64,000 bases of DNA from Raillietiella orientalis. Taxonomy: Eukaryota. The stretch spans positions 12,090,001-12,154,000 of the forward strand of contig JAYWIR010000001.1 in assembly GCA_036172245.1 (NCBI GenBank), given 5' to 3'. Made by a program: the position numbers and the translations under genes. The notes under the pieces were generated by a model. It searched no databases. It was given only the letters and a program-made list of their open reading frames with translations, and was not told where the DNA came from. Shown here piece after piece: positions 36,901 to 49,414 of the stretch (position 1 is the first letter of the stretch; the number at the start of each line of letters is the position of its first letter).

Positions 36901-38099
36901 ACGTAATTGGGTGCTCAAATTTACTAGTTCAGGAAGAGTGGACTGAGCAGTGGTCTTCGCTGTCATGTCAAGCACACAGTACTAAGAGGATGGAGAGCTA
37001 TTGATGCAGCGACGAAGCATTTGCGATGAGAGGCAGATCAAAACATGCAGCGTTTCCAATGTTTGCAAGAACACTTCACTGTAGCATCCTTCGTTAAGAG
37101 CAACCGGCCAGGTTCCTGTGATTTTTGCAATAACATGAGCACTGCCTCTGGACGAACCTTACTGACCTTGTTACGGCTGTATGTCCGCTTCTTGTGGACG
37201 ACTTCACGGGAGCGACTCAAGATACCACCGGGCCAGGAGCGAAGTCTACGCCGATAACAACCACGCGACATTCCAATATGAGGCTATCCCCAAGTCGAAG
37301 ATTTCATTTTGAATTTCAACTCATACTCTTGGAACATTTTGGTACATGTCCCAATCGTAACAGCACCATGGGTTCATTGTTCCAGTGCTTAGCTGGAACG
37401 TTTTCTTTTATACAGCAAATGCACGCAGATACAGATATTCGTATGTCAACTTGAAATGTTGACGTCGCGCGTGTTTACTGTAGGAAGCATTTCGGTTGGA
37501 CGACAATCCTTCAAGTAACTTAGCCTTCTCCTCTTCAGTGAACTCTCGTGTGACCGATCCCATTTCAGACATATGAACTCCTGAATCATCAGATTTGTAT
37601 CCTGAGGCTGCTCTAAAGATGTGATCTCGATCAGGCCCATTAGACTAGGATTTATTTCGGAAGGAAGTATGAACGCTGGAAAGCAATCCGATCTGATTCC
37701 GCAAGCTACCGACTTCTAGATGGGCTCACGTATCAAACGTGCAGCTCGCGTCCATCCTAAAAAATTTATATGCTGAAGGCACGGCCTTTTTGCACCTTTT
37801 CTGCTTCCGTGATCGTCTTCCCAGATCTTCCAGGATAGCCCTCTCTCCCGCGTAGCAGGGAAGTAAGAAGGGGAGTACGAAACATTTTGTCCGGGAAAAG
37901 TGACTCCTCGCTTGGGACTGCCAGAGGGAGTGATCCCTGACTACTCTGTCAGCGGCCTTCTTCCAGACTCTCTCTCAGTCCATCCCTGCCTGCCCCTCTC
38001 CCTTTAGCCACTTCCTGCGGGGGCAGAGCGAGTGATTGGATTGACTGTTCCCACCGATACTGTTTTACCGTAATGTCCTCAAACATCACCTAAGACGCG

Positions 38100-39190
38100 T
38101 AGATATACGTCGTCTGGTTCATGACCGGTTCAGAGCGCAACGAGACGTCCTTCCGCATCCGTATATAATCCGCATGGATGCTTGCGTGTCGCAGCGGAGC
38201 GAGCCCAATGCTGCTCTGTCGTATCGAAAGTGCTCCCAGCAGCCACGATCCCGCGGAATTCGCACGGAGCCGAGAAAACCGCGGCAGTCGGCAACGTTTT
38301 GCACGTGAAGAGGCTCGGAATGAGGCCCTCGGATGGTCATAGAAGAGGTTCAGGGACAATGTCCAACGTCCCTACAGTCGGACTGGAAACTTGTGTTGTC
38401 TGCTACAGCAGTGACAAGTGCTGAGTCCTGGAGCTTCAGGAAAAAGGTGGAGCTGTCGAAGACCACCCCGGGGATGCTCGTTCCCTCTGACGCGTTTCCA
38501 AGGAGATCCGCTCAGCGGAGAAGACTTTAGGGGAAAGCGGTGCAAGAGGAGAAGCTGCAGATAGTTTTCGCGCCGTTCATTGAAGAAGCACCTGGTGCTG
38601 CCGTACAGATCTGTCCATTGCAGAAGCAATTGGGACTAGTTGTTTCTTGTTTGCTGCAATCTCGCTGTTCATCTTCCATATTGCGGTCCAGTGGCTGTCC
38701 TGGCTATTCCTCCGGGGCGATAGCATCCTCTTACTGAGGTAGGGGGATTTTGCTGGACCCACAGAATCTGCCTCAGGTATCCTTCAGCGAGCGGCCAGCG
38801 TATCTGAAGTACAGCAGACGTTGCATATCTTCCTCGCTGGTGGCGCTATCTCATGCCTGTATCTGAGCTGCTTCCTGTTTCCATTTCTTTATTTGAAAGA
38901 CATACTGCCAGCTTTTGCGTTTTTGGTGTCTTACAGGAGCAGCCTTGGTTATTGGGACTTTTGTTTGAGGAGAAGATGCTGTTCGCGGAGAAAGGATCTA
39001 TTCTTCAGGAGTGTTTTGCAGCTGAGCTCAGGTGCTAAACTGGGAATGGGGTGCAAACGAAAGGGAAAGTGTTCCTTGGTGCTAATGCAAATAATCCATC
39101 TTTCAAGCAATCGCGGTTCGAATGACGGTGTTGTCTTTAGAAGGTGGCCCTTATATACCTTTTTGAGAAAAGTATTTTCAAGAAATTGGT
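38100..39190 (+). mobile_element. Decayed L1-like RT C-terminal fragment
   Basis: IFLAGGAISCLYL...FAFLV...SGAKLGMG resembles the L1 post-RT region ending in GGLG. Confidence 0.4.
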
Positions 39191-39219
39191 AACACGGCTT
39201 GCCCAAAGCTTTGAAGATC

Positions 39220-40170
39220 TCAGTCTTCAAACGTAAGAAAACAAAGGAAACCAAAAACAACACTTTGGAGGTCCGTTGAGGGATCATAGACCGCTGGGGA
39301 CAGCGTCCATCCTTCGCAGGATGCCGTCGAGGTCCCTCTGCATACTTCCCAGATGGGTCCATCTGATAGCGACTCGCAAGTAGCGGCCCGTGTGTACGAT
39401 GGAGTCCCTTTCGCTGCTTCCTCTGTTGGCTGCGCTCCACACAGCCACAATCCCTCGAAGGAAGTAGAGCGCTGCCAGGGCTGAGGCGGGTTGCAGGACG
39501 TCTCGCACGAAGAAAAGCACAACGTGGGGGAGCCGCCGACCGGCATCCGGAGGGTCCTCGCAAAACGTTCCCACAAGGACTGGATGGCAGAACACTTTAC
39601 TAGCAAGTGGAGGAGGGATTCCTGCTCCCATCACGCTGCACAGTTCTGCCTCACGTTCCTCAAGGTCCAGTAGTGGCAACGCGCGTTGCAGGGAAGACCC
39701 CAGTGCAACAACAGCAGCGCCGTTTCCTGCCACTTGAGGGGGAGGGTGGACCAGTCTGTAAACATCGGCAGTCACTTTGAGTCATTCGACGGTATGCCCA
39801 GTTGCTCCCCAAATTTCTGTTGGCCTCGAGGAAGGACGCTCGGGGTCGGGCGTGAGCCAGTTCCCTCATGGACCAGCCGCTTAACATCTCCCTTGCCGAT
39901 ATCCGGCAGGAGACTTGCCACCTCGGCGTTCGGCTACTGCCGAGCGCTTTCCTCAAGAAGGGCATCGCCGTGGTCAGTGGGGTCGTCTACGCCCACGTAT
40001 TTCTGGCGGGACACTCGGGCGTGTTCTGCAGCGTGCCGCGGGTGTAGATACCGGGTCGCAGACGGTTCCAAGATTCATCAATTGACTGGTTTAACTTCGC
40101 ATAAGTGCCAACTGTTTCTTCCAGCCATGCGCTGGAGTTAGCGGGGCTGTAGGCCAACCAGCCGTTCTCC
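39220..40170 (-). mobile_element. L1/Tx1-like family 3' fragment
   Basis: AALYFLRGIVAVW...YLRVAIRWTHLG...DGILRRM matches CCLRGIVTAW...FLRRASRWPHL...SGILRRM at 47742-48197. Confidence 0.8.
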
Positions 40171-40286
40171 ATGGCCAGGGTGGACATTCGTCATAGGAGA
40201 GGACCGCATCATCTTATTTTACGGCCGCGGCACAAAATGAAAGATGACAGCCCTCCCGCTCTGGATACACGGCAGGTGTTTTATGT

Positions 40287-41520
40287 TTTCACCCGGGTAA
40301 GCTGAGGCTTTTATTATTTTAATTTACAATTTCTAATTGCAGTCGATGTTTGAATTGTATTTGTGTTCCTCTCTTGTTTACCGACTTGAGTGCCGGTAAG
40401 GCCTACTCCAGTCGCGAAGGGGACGGGAAAAGGAAAAAAACAAAACAAAACAAAAAAACGAGAAACACGCCTAGGGGACATTGTTTATGGGGAGGGGGAG
40501 GGAAGGGAAGGGATCACTGTTCGCTGCGTGAAGGCCTCTGCATCTGGTACCGGATGCTAACAAGTGCTGGCAGAATTTTCCTAAGCCGGCGCCAATGGGA
40601 AGTCTTCTCCATGGAGACGACCGCCCAGTGGATGGCATTCCGACTGCTGTGGCCTCTTATCGACGCGGCAGGTGAAGACGCGAGACAGAACGCACCAATG
40701 GGTGATCCAGTACTTGCAGGAGGCCGAGAACGGCATCCCGGCGCAGAGCGCACAAGACCTTCAGAGACACACGGGGCCTCCCGCTGCCCCACAGGGCGAT
40801 GTTCAGGAGGTCCTTGGTCCTCTTCTTCAACTCGAGGGGTACGAGGCAAACAAAAAGTAAGAAGCGAAGGAAGGAGGCCGTGAAAGCGTTACACACCGCG
40901 GCCCGCTCCGGCAAATGAAACTTGCCTTCCAGAAACCGGCTGATCGCCGAATTGGCTTTCCAGATACGACCTGACCAGGCTTCTGGATGGCAGATGTCCA
41001 CCAACGCAACGCCAAGGTAGTTTAAGTACCTCTCCGTGGGATCCCCAGGAGCATACACTCAGGCCGTCCTACCCACGCTGCACCGACCGCTATCACCAAC
41101 CACTTCGATCTGTTCTTCCGTAGAAATGTCCAGTGGTTCAAAAAGTCGAAAAAATTTTTGACTGCCGAAGCCGAGACGGACATGCGTAGCACGAGCAGAT
41201 GATTGTCAGCATACTCCAACATGGCCGGCGTGCCAAAACACAAGCTCCGCAAGGCAGCCAAAGTCGTCCTGTATGCTCTGAGCACCAACTCGAAATAAAT
41301 GTTAAAAGGCAGGGCAAAAAGGCTGTCGCCCTGCTGAATAGCGCGCTGCACCGGCAAGCCGTACACGTAAACACCTCTGTAAGCACGTCGATTATTGCAT
41401 TGCGCCAGCGAAAGTCCAACAGACCACGAAGGTGGTCTAGAAGCCAATGCGATCCAAGAGCTCCACAAAGAGCTCCTCGTTTAATCAATCGAATGCCTTG
41501 CTTGTGCGGAGTGGACGTGT
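40287..41520 (-). mobile_element. L1/Tx1-like family copy, RT plus 3' end with internal deletion
   Basis: RAIQQGDSL..FNIYFELVLRAY...EYADN (41022-41468), LNYLGV...RRDAVLGLL (40657-41058) joined directly to the extreme C-terminus and T-rich 3'UTR. Confidence 0.88.
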
Positions 41521-41559
41521 TTTCTTGGTGCTCCTCGGTGCAGGAAACCCTCCCCTTAA

Positions 41560-42665
41560 AGCAAAGTGTTATGTGGTTCGGTGGTCGATCAGGCAGCGAT
41601 GCCTGACACGACCACCATTGAGTGCCAGGGGGCGGAGGCAACGCCGCCCCAAGAGGCGATGGAGGTGGGAGCATCCGCCCCCACAGAATCGGTCCCCGCT
41701 GCAGCGCGGGCGTGGAGTGCCATCGTGGCGGAGCCATTGCCTGCAGCCACGGCAGAATTGTCGGCCTATATGGATGAGGGGTATAACCCCTCATTACTCT
41801 ATAAGGTAGGCAATCTCTATTCTGCTGAAAGCGCGCGTGCATTTTCCAAAGGAATGAGCGCTCTCAATGTACAAGAGGAGGAGCTCTGCGCTATGACCAT
41901 CTGCAGCGGGGAGCAGTACGTGGAAGTGATCTGAAAACAGGCATATCTAACCCAGTGTCTGCTCGAAACATCCGTGGTGATGGGGAAGGACACGCAGGCT
42001 CCTTCCCATTACGGTGGACCTCAGAATCAAGGTCTACCTCTTAGGCGTTACCGCGCGCATGCGTTGCGAAAGCGTACGCGCCGCGTTAGAAGAATAAGGA
42101 ACGGTGAACGCAATGTGGTTGAAACCTAGTCCATTTGTGGTCTATACTGGACTGCCATGCGGCCACACGCATGCACAAGCCACTGTCCGAGAGGGGTGTT
42201 CTCTTCCCCACAAACTGGTGGTCGGCGGCGAAACTGTCGACCTCTGGTATGTGGAGAAGCCCAAATAATGTGGCTTCTGCAATACGTCGGGCCACCTCAA
42301 AAAGAGGTGCCCCAACGTGCAGTGCCAAGTATGGGGCACAATGGGTCACACGAGGGAGGTGTGCCCACAAGCAGCCGTGCTCGTGGTGTCCGCAAGGAAC
42401 CTGAAGAAACGCGCCCGGCTGCTGCAAAAAAGGCAGGCGGCGAAAGCTGCCGCGAAAGCAGTACCGCCCGCGCCCAAGGCGCAGGCCGCACCCGAGACCC
42501 CGGCAAACACCGCCGACAAGGTCGAGGGAAACGGCCAGGAGCCTGAGTGGCAGATAGCAACAGCCAAAAAAACCAAGCAAGAGAGAAAGCTAGAGAAAAA
42601 AATCGCCTACCAACAGATGAAGAAAGAGCAGGGTAGCGCGATCATCAAAGATTGCAGCGTCGTCG
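41560..42665 (+). mobile_element. L1/Tx1-type ORF1 (gag-like, two CCHC knuckles), disrupted
   Basis: AWSAIVA near the N-terminus, then CGFCNTSGHLKKRC and CQVWGTMGHTREVC at about 42270-42365, followed by a Lys/Ala-rich tail; stops and frameshifts present. Confidence 0.75.
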
Positions 42666-42669
42666 TTTA

Positions 42670-45120
42670 TTACCCGGTTGCGCCGGGACGTTTATTAACA
42701 ATATCATCTGGGAACTGAGTTCCCAGGCAAGGGGAACAAAAGATGGAGAAGAGGGTTCCCGGCTCGCAGGCCGGGCACACTGAGATTTCGGAGCGGGAGG
42801 GAGGGGATAATAAACAATTAAATATGGTGGGAGGGTGGGGATAGGGGTATGCAGTCCAGCCGTTCCTATTCTCAGAACCGGCGGTGAATGCCGGCAATCT
42901 CCGTCCTTACTTCTGCTCCAAGGTGTGGCCACCCGGCAGCCATTTGCAGGTTGCAGGCTGCAGTTTCGGGGACCGATGTTGGGACCGCTCGCATCTGCAA
43001 TACGTGGCGGGCCCTGACGATGGCGCGGACGCAGCAGATGAGTGCGACGACCGCTCCAAGAGAAAGACCGCGACGCGTGAAGAAGCGGCGCATCCAATGC
43101 ATTGCGGTCTGTCCGGGGTGCAGGAGCGCTGAAGACAGCCGCCGCCACAGCTCCTGGAGGGCGCCGCATTCAAACAGCAAATGCGGAAGCGATTCCACCG
43201 CTCCGCATTGGGCACAGTTCGGGGACGCAACTCCCCTGGAAACCAGGTGCGCGCGCTGGTTGCAGTACAAACCCCAATGCACCAGCAGAAAAGCGTCCTG
43301 TTTCCAACGAAGGGGGAAGACAGTCGCGTCCAAGCACGCAGAAGGGACCACAAGTTCTTCGGTGGGCACCCCGAGGAGCTCGCTCCACCGGAGAAGTCCC
43401 TTGGCACGAATGCAAGGCGAGGCAGCGTCTGCCAGCTCGCAGGTCCTCCAACCGCCCAGAAGTCGGGTTTCGCCTGCGCTATCGCAGGCGACCTCTCACC
43501 TCGCCTGTAGGTCACTGTCGTCTCGCACCATCAGGGCAGCCAGTGCTGCGGCGAGAGTCGTAGCGGCTGGGCGTGTCCACTGGTCCTGGTCTTCCAACAC
43601 CTCCCCCACTGGACAGTATAGGGAAAGATTCACGCAACGGAGTTCCAAACGGGAGACATCCTGTTGCGCAGCCCAGGACGATAAGGCTTCCTGCCTCCAA
43701 GCGTTAAGGTATGTTGGCCGGCAGGAGATCCACGAATGCGTTCCCAGAAGCGAGGCGAGCTGCCTCAGCGGGAAGCCGAATCCTCTCATGGCAAGCTCCG
43801 TACGCAGGTGCAACGAACGCAGTCCGTCGCCACCCGTGCAGCGCTCCAGCAGCAGCGAAACTGGAGCACACTAGGGAGTCGTCCAAAGCTAAGCGCAAAG
43901 AGACAGCACGCGGAACTGCACTGGCAGTCCGCTCCGCTCCGGCGTCAGGATGCCCAATCCTGCATCCCGCCGAGCAGCCGCCAAGTCCTTGAGGTGGATC
44001 CTGGACCTCGCCGGTCTCCACAAGGCGTTCCGCAACAGGCGTTTCGATGGACACTTAGCCGAGTAGGGAGGGGGACAAACAAAAAAGAAGGAACAGAGGA
44101 AGGGGGCAACGAAAATGTTCCACACGAAGATCCGTTTCGGCAGGAGGAACCTGCGGCCTTGGAAAGGACCCAGAGCAGCCTCGGCCTTGTGAAGGCAGTC
44201 CGACCATGCTTCTGCTGTACAGGAGGCGCCCAAGGGAACGCCGAGGTACTTAAAGCACCTGCCAGTGGGGATCCCCAGGCGGATCCAGTCGGACTGCCAC
44301 TCCCACGTAGAGCCAACCGGTACAACGGTTGATTTCGTCCTGTTGACGCTCAGGCCCGCTCCACGACGAATGAGCTCGAAGAAGTCCTCGAGCCTGGACG
44401 CCGGGGTGGACATGGGCAGCATCAGGAGAAGGTCGTCGGCATAGGCAGCCACGGCCGGAGTTCCCGGGCAGGAGCTCGGCAGGTTGGCCAGCGTCAGCCT
44501 GTACGCCCTCAGCACCAACTCAAAGAAGATGCTGAAGAGCAGAAGTCTTAAGCTGTCTCCCTGCCTGATACCCCGCCGTATGGGAACGCCATACACGTGG
44601 CGCCCGCTGAAAGAGATACAGCATAACGCGTGGTGCCAGCATGAGCGCAAGTAGGCGATGAGGTGTGTCGGGAGGCCTAGGCATCCCAGAAGCTCCAGAA
44701 GGAGGTCCTGGTTTACGCTGTCGAACGCTTTGCAGAGATCGACGGCGACCGCTAAGGCCCCCGGCGTTCCATCGTGCCTTGAGCACCGCCGCTTACCTTT
44801 GGCAGCGGCGATTTCGGCTGCCTGGCTCTGCTGCACCACTCGCTGCTGCAACTCATGTTCGCGCGAAGAAGAGATTCGCGTCCATGGAGCGCCCCGGAAC
44901 AGGATTCGTCTGCCCCGGACTAACCAAGGACTCCGCGATTCTCCCCAGCCGCGCGACCCATAGCTTCGAGAACAACTTGACGTCCGAGTACACGAAGGTG
45001 ATCGGACGCCAGTTGTTGAGGTGGCGCAAATCCCCGCCTTTCGGCAGGAGCCGCACCTTTGCTGAGCGGAAGGAAGCGGGAACATCTCCCGTCTCCCGAA
45101 GCAGCGCCTCTCGCGATCGC
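42670..45120 (-). mobile_element. L1/Tx1-like element ORF2 3' half (RT + zf-RVT), best-preserved copy
   Basis: LLPKGGDLRHLNNWRPIT, VDLCKAFDSV, GIRQGDSL, AYADDLL, FKYLGVPL, DAGLG, CAQCGAVESLPHLLFEC; several frameshifts; terminal hairpin 42673-42687. Confidence 0.95.
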
Positions 45121-47545
45121 TAAGGGAGTCGCTTACTCCTGCGCGGAGGCAGCACTCCAAGAGGCAGCCAAGGCAACGCCTCTTACATCCGCGGACGCAG
45201 CGCCATCTCAGGATGGCAAAGATAACTGCGACGCGAAGGAAGACGGCTGGATGCAGGTGAGAAAGATAATTAAAAAGAAACCGTCAAGGTCCTCGCAGCT
45301 GTGTGTGAAGGTGAGTGGGCGAAAGAAACCCGCGAAACCTTCCCAAAACAAGATTGCGATCGTTTCCTCCTGTGCAGTCGTCCTCTCGCGGATGGAGCGG
45401 GAAGCTGCTGCTGAGGCTACAAGGACGAAAGTCCCAGCCGCAGTAGCAGAAAGCGCTGGGAAACAGGCAGCGAATGATTTCCCTAATTCCGGGAAACAGA
45501 AGAACCGCCTGGTGAGCGCTCGACTGTTGGATTCCGATCCTGAGTCCGACAGAATGAGCACACAGCGCGACACCCGCCCGAAACCGCGCAATCGCCTCCC
45601 GAAGACCCGCAAGCGCGTGGTTGCCGAGGAGGAACTGTTGCCGGGGAGCAAAGAGGAGAAGATGGACCTCACCTCTGAGCTACCAACAACAAGCAGTGCG
45701 GCTTTGAATGGAGATGTCCAGTCTCCAAGATCTGCCGTTCTGTCTCGTGACCACTAGCCGGGCAAGGAGAGAAACCTGTGCTCACCTTCCCAGCCTTAAT
45801 GCTGGAAATCGCCTCTTATCGTCGATTCAGCGTAGCCTGTTGGAACGTCAACGGGCTGCGCAGGGACGGAAAGAGGCGCGGCGTGTCAGACACCCTGCGA
45901 CATTTCGACTTGGCGATCCTTCAGGAGATGCATTACATCTCCAACGCGGAGGTTGCCGAAATTGAACAGCGCGCGGGTGGCACCCTGTACTAGCGAGAAG
46001 GTTCTGCACAATCGTGCGGAGTCGGTTTTCTCGTCAATAGTAGGATGGCGGGAGCGGTGCGCAGCGTTCGATTCGACCAGGAAGGGCGAATGGGCCAACT
46101 TGTACTCAAGTGGTCAGATTCAATCGACCTCGTCGTAACGAACGTCTACGCGCCGAGCGGCTTTCATCGGCGTGTCGAAAGAATCGAGTTCTTCGACGTG
46201 CTGGAGAGCCAATGGCTCAGAAACTCCGGAGCCAGAGTGGCGCATCTCGTCGCAGGGGACTTCAACGTCCACCTGCTTTCCAACGAGACGAGGTCCCTGG
46301 CGGAACGGTCGCGGGTGGAAGAGGCATGCGCGTCGGTGCACGCGCGTAACTCGGAAGCCGGCGCGCCTGGAATGGAAAGGTGCGTGGATCACGTCTACCT
46401 TGATGAACACCTACTCTCACGAGTGGGAAGGAGAGGCAGTGGGAGGTGGGAGGAAGGCCGTCCACGTTATCGGACCATGATAGGCAGGAGTTCGAGCTAC
46501 TTCCGTCGGGCAAGGGACCTCCGAACAACGTTTGGAGGATGCCGGCGGATTGGCTTAGTCATCCGGAGGCGGCGGAGCATCTTCGCCAGTTCCTTCGTGG
46601 CTTTGCCATCCGGCAACTCGCAGACTGGGACCACCTTAAAAGATCGGTTCGCGAGTTTTGCGACCAATTCCCCCTGCACCTACTGCCGCGCGGCTTCGGG
46701 GAAGGCGTGGCCAATAGCAGAGCATTTCTGCAGGCGTGCACCTTCTCTAGACGTGCGGAAGTCCGGTACCTCGCAGAGTACAAGGCGAGGGCCGAGCGCC
46801 AGGTCTGGCAGTCTGAGGCGGCAATTCTGCTCGACGACCAAGGCCGGGAATGAACGGCTCCTGCCGAAGTACGGCGAGCACTAAAGCGTCACTTCTCCTT
46901 GCTATACGCCAAGTCCCCGACGAAGAGAGTCCTCTCGGAACTACTTCTACCACGGGGTGAACACGGCATTGGCGAGCAAAAAGCGCTGGTCTCGTGAAGG
47001 GCTTGCAACGTGAAGGGCTTGCCCTTCACGTTCGAAGAAGTTTCTTCCGCCATCGCAGGACTCAAGAGACGGAAGACGCCAGGTGAGGACGGGCTGCACG
47101 CGGAGTTCCATCAGAGCTTCGCGGCGGAACTCGCCCCCTTGGTGCTCAGCCTCTCGACGCTGATGAGGGTGACGGGCGATGTCTCTTCTTCCTTCCGCTT
47201 AGCAAGAGTGCGTCTCCTTCCGAAAGGAAGAGATCTGCGCAAACTCAACAACTGGCTTCCGATCACGTTAGTGAACACGGAAGTCAAGTTTTCGAAGCTG
47301 TGGGTCACGCGCCTAGAGAAAGTCGCGGAGTCCGTGGTGAGCCCGGAGCAGTCTTACGCTGTGTCGAGTAGGTCCATGGGTGCGAACCTCCTTTTCGCGC
47401 GCACCTGGTGGCAGCTTCAAGAGCGCGTTGCGGCGGACAGCAGAACAGCGGCAAGACCTTCTGCCGACTGCGAGAGCCAGTGAGGACGGACGACACAAAG
47501 GCCTGGAGCCTTGGCAGTAGAGTAGATTTGCATAAGGCCATTCGA
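45121..47545 (+). mobile_element. L1/Tx1-like element 5' half: ORF1 C-terminus, APE endonuclease, start of RT
   Basis: ORF1 stop at 45757; WNVNGL, LQEMH, NVYAP, GDFN, VDHVY, SDH; KTPGEDGL; LLPKGRDLRKLNNWLPIT; cut at VDLHKA. Confidence 0.93.
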
Positions 47546-49410
47546 TTTTCACCCGGAATTCTCCGGGTCGTTTATTTAAAAATAAAGTTTACAAAAAAGA
47601 TGTCACGCACGAAGAACCACGGAGCCTGCCGGGTCACCGGATCGCAGACCGGTACGGTCCACCAAGGCAGCAGGGGGAAGAAAGAAAAAGAAAAAAATAA
47701 ACAAAAAAAAAAAAAAACCAGTGGGAGGGAACGGGAAGGGATCACTGTTGCTGCAGGGGCCGTTGCATCCTTCTCAGGATGCCGGAAAGCTCTTCCTGCA
47801 TTTGCGGATCCAGGTGGGGCCAACGCGACGCCCTCCTCAGGAATTGGACGGCGCACTGGATAGCATCCTTATCGCGTGGTCCACCAGTAGCCATGCTCCA
47901 TGCCGTGACGATCCCACGAAGGCAGCACGAGGCTGCTATCAAGGCCACTGGCCGAAGGGCTTCGGCAACGAAGAGGGCTTTTAATGCGTCCCTGGGATTG
48001 CCGCAGGGGATACCGATAGCAGCAGCAAAGCGGAACCAAAGGGGCCGAAGGGCAACACAATCCACTAGAAGGTGGGAGAGGAACACCCATTCCCCAAACC
48101 TTAGACAGTTGGGATCGACCACACTCCATGTCCAGTGGTGCCAACGGGCGTTGCAGGAGAGTCCCCAATGCTGAACAGTAGAGCTCACTCTCGCCATTTA
48201 AAGGGGAGATTGGAAGTGTTCATTAATACCGGGGGCCACTTCAGACGTTAAATGAAAACGTCGAGCAGCGCGCCTCAGCGCAGAAGTCCATTGGAAGGCG
48301 TACTCGGGGTCGCAAAGTCTGATAGCTAGCCGTCCTACACCCTTCTATTTTCTTCTCCTTCCCGGAGATTGTCATTGTAACTTCCCACTTCGGTGCAACA
48401 TCGCTGTCCTGATCTTCCATTAGGAAGGCAAGCGCAGCAGAGAGGAGGGTTCTTCCTGACCACGCTCTATTCTTAGGGTCCTCAGGGATCTCTCAAAGCG
48501 TGCAACTTCTGTAGCTCCCAAACAGGAACCGTCGTTCCTGTTGCGCGCATTGCAGGCCGCACTATGCCCACGTGCGAACGGTCTCCTGCATCCATCCTGG
48601 AATTTTCCAAACCAAGGAAGCCACCCTCCTCAGGTGGAACCAACAACGGTTGATGCGGCAGCGATGGAGTGAAAGATAAAACGTGAGTCACACATTCCCG
48701 GGGGCATGCTGGAGGAGGACACGTGCAAGGATGCACCAGCAGGTGCATCACAACTCCGGCACAAGTGACAACATACGGAACTGGAGCTGAAGATCCAGCC
48801 GCTCCAATGTCAGGAGAACGAGACCGCCATACCGACACAGACCAAACAAGTCCTTCAAGCAGAATACAGCCCTCCCGGTGCCCCAAAGGGCGATACGGAG
48901 GAGGTCCTTTGTCCGCTTTTTAATCCTCTCCGTGGGAGCAAGCAAAAAGTAAGGAACGGAGGAGAGGAGCCACGAATGTGTTCCAAACTGCGGACTTCAG
49001 GCAGGAAAAACCTGCCGCCTCGGAACATTCCGATCGCCGTCTCTACTTTATGGAGGCAGCCGGACCACGATTCCGGAGGATAGAAGCCCCCAACGGAAAC
49101 CCAAGGTACTTGAAGTACCTCACCGTGCGGATCCCCAGACAAACCCAGTCCAGATGCCCAGCCCACACCGCACCAAATGGCATCACGGACGAATTAGCCC
49201 TGTTCACCGTAAGCCTGGTTCCCCGATTCAGCAGGTCGAAGAACTCATCGACCAATGAAGCAGGGGTGGACATAGAGAGCACCAGCAGAAGATCGTACAC
49301 GTAATCTGAAACGGACACCGCACAGGTGCAGTCGTGCGGCAGGTGCAACAGAGTTCCCCCGTACACTCAAACTAGGTACTGAAGAGCAAGGGACTCAGGC
49401 TATACTCCTC
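47546..49410 (-). mobile_element. L1/Tx1-like family 3' half, decayed
   Basis: LSPLLFS near 49390, YVYDLLL, YFKYLGFPLG, KRTKDLLRIALW, PNCLRFGE..HLLVDC, T-rich 3'UTR, hairpin 47551-47568. Confidence 0.9.
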
Positions 49411-49414
49411 AAGT

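Noticed and set aside
43889-45160. Active reverse transcriptase gene
   Set aside because: Frameshifts on both sides of the YADD core and 5' truncation; not autonomous.
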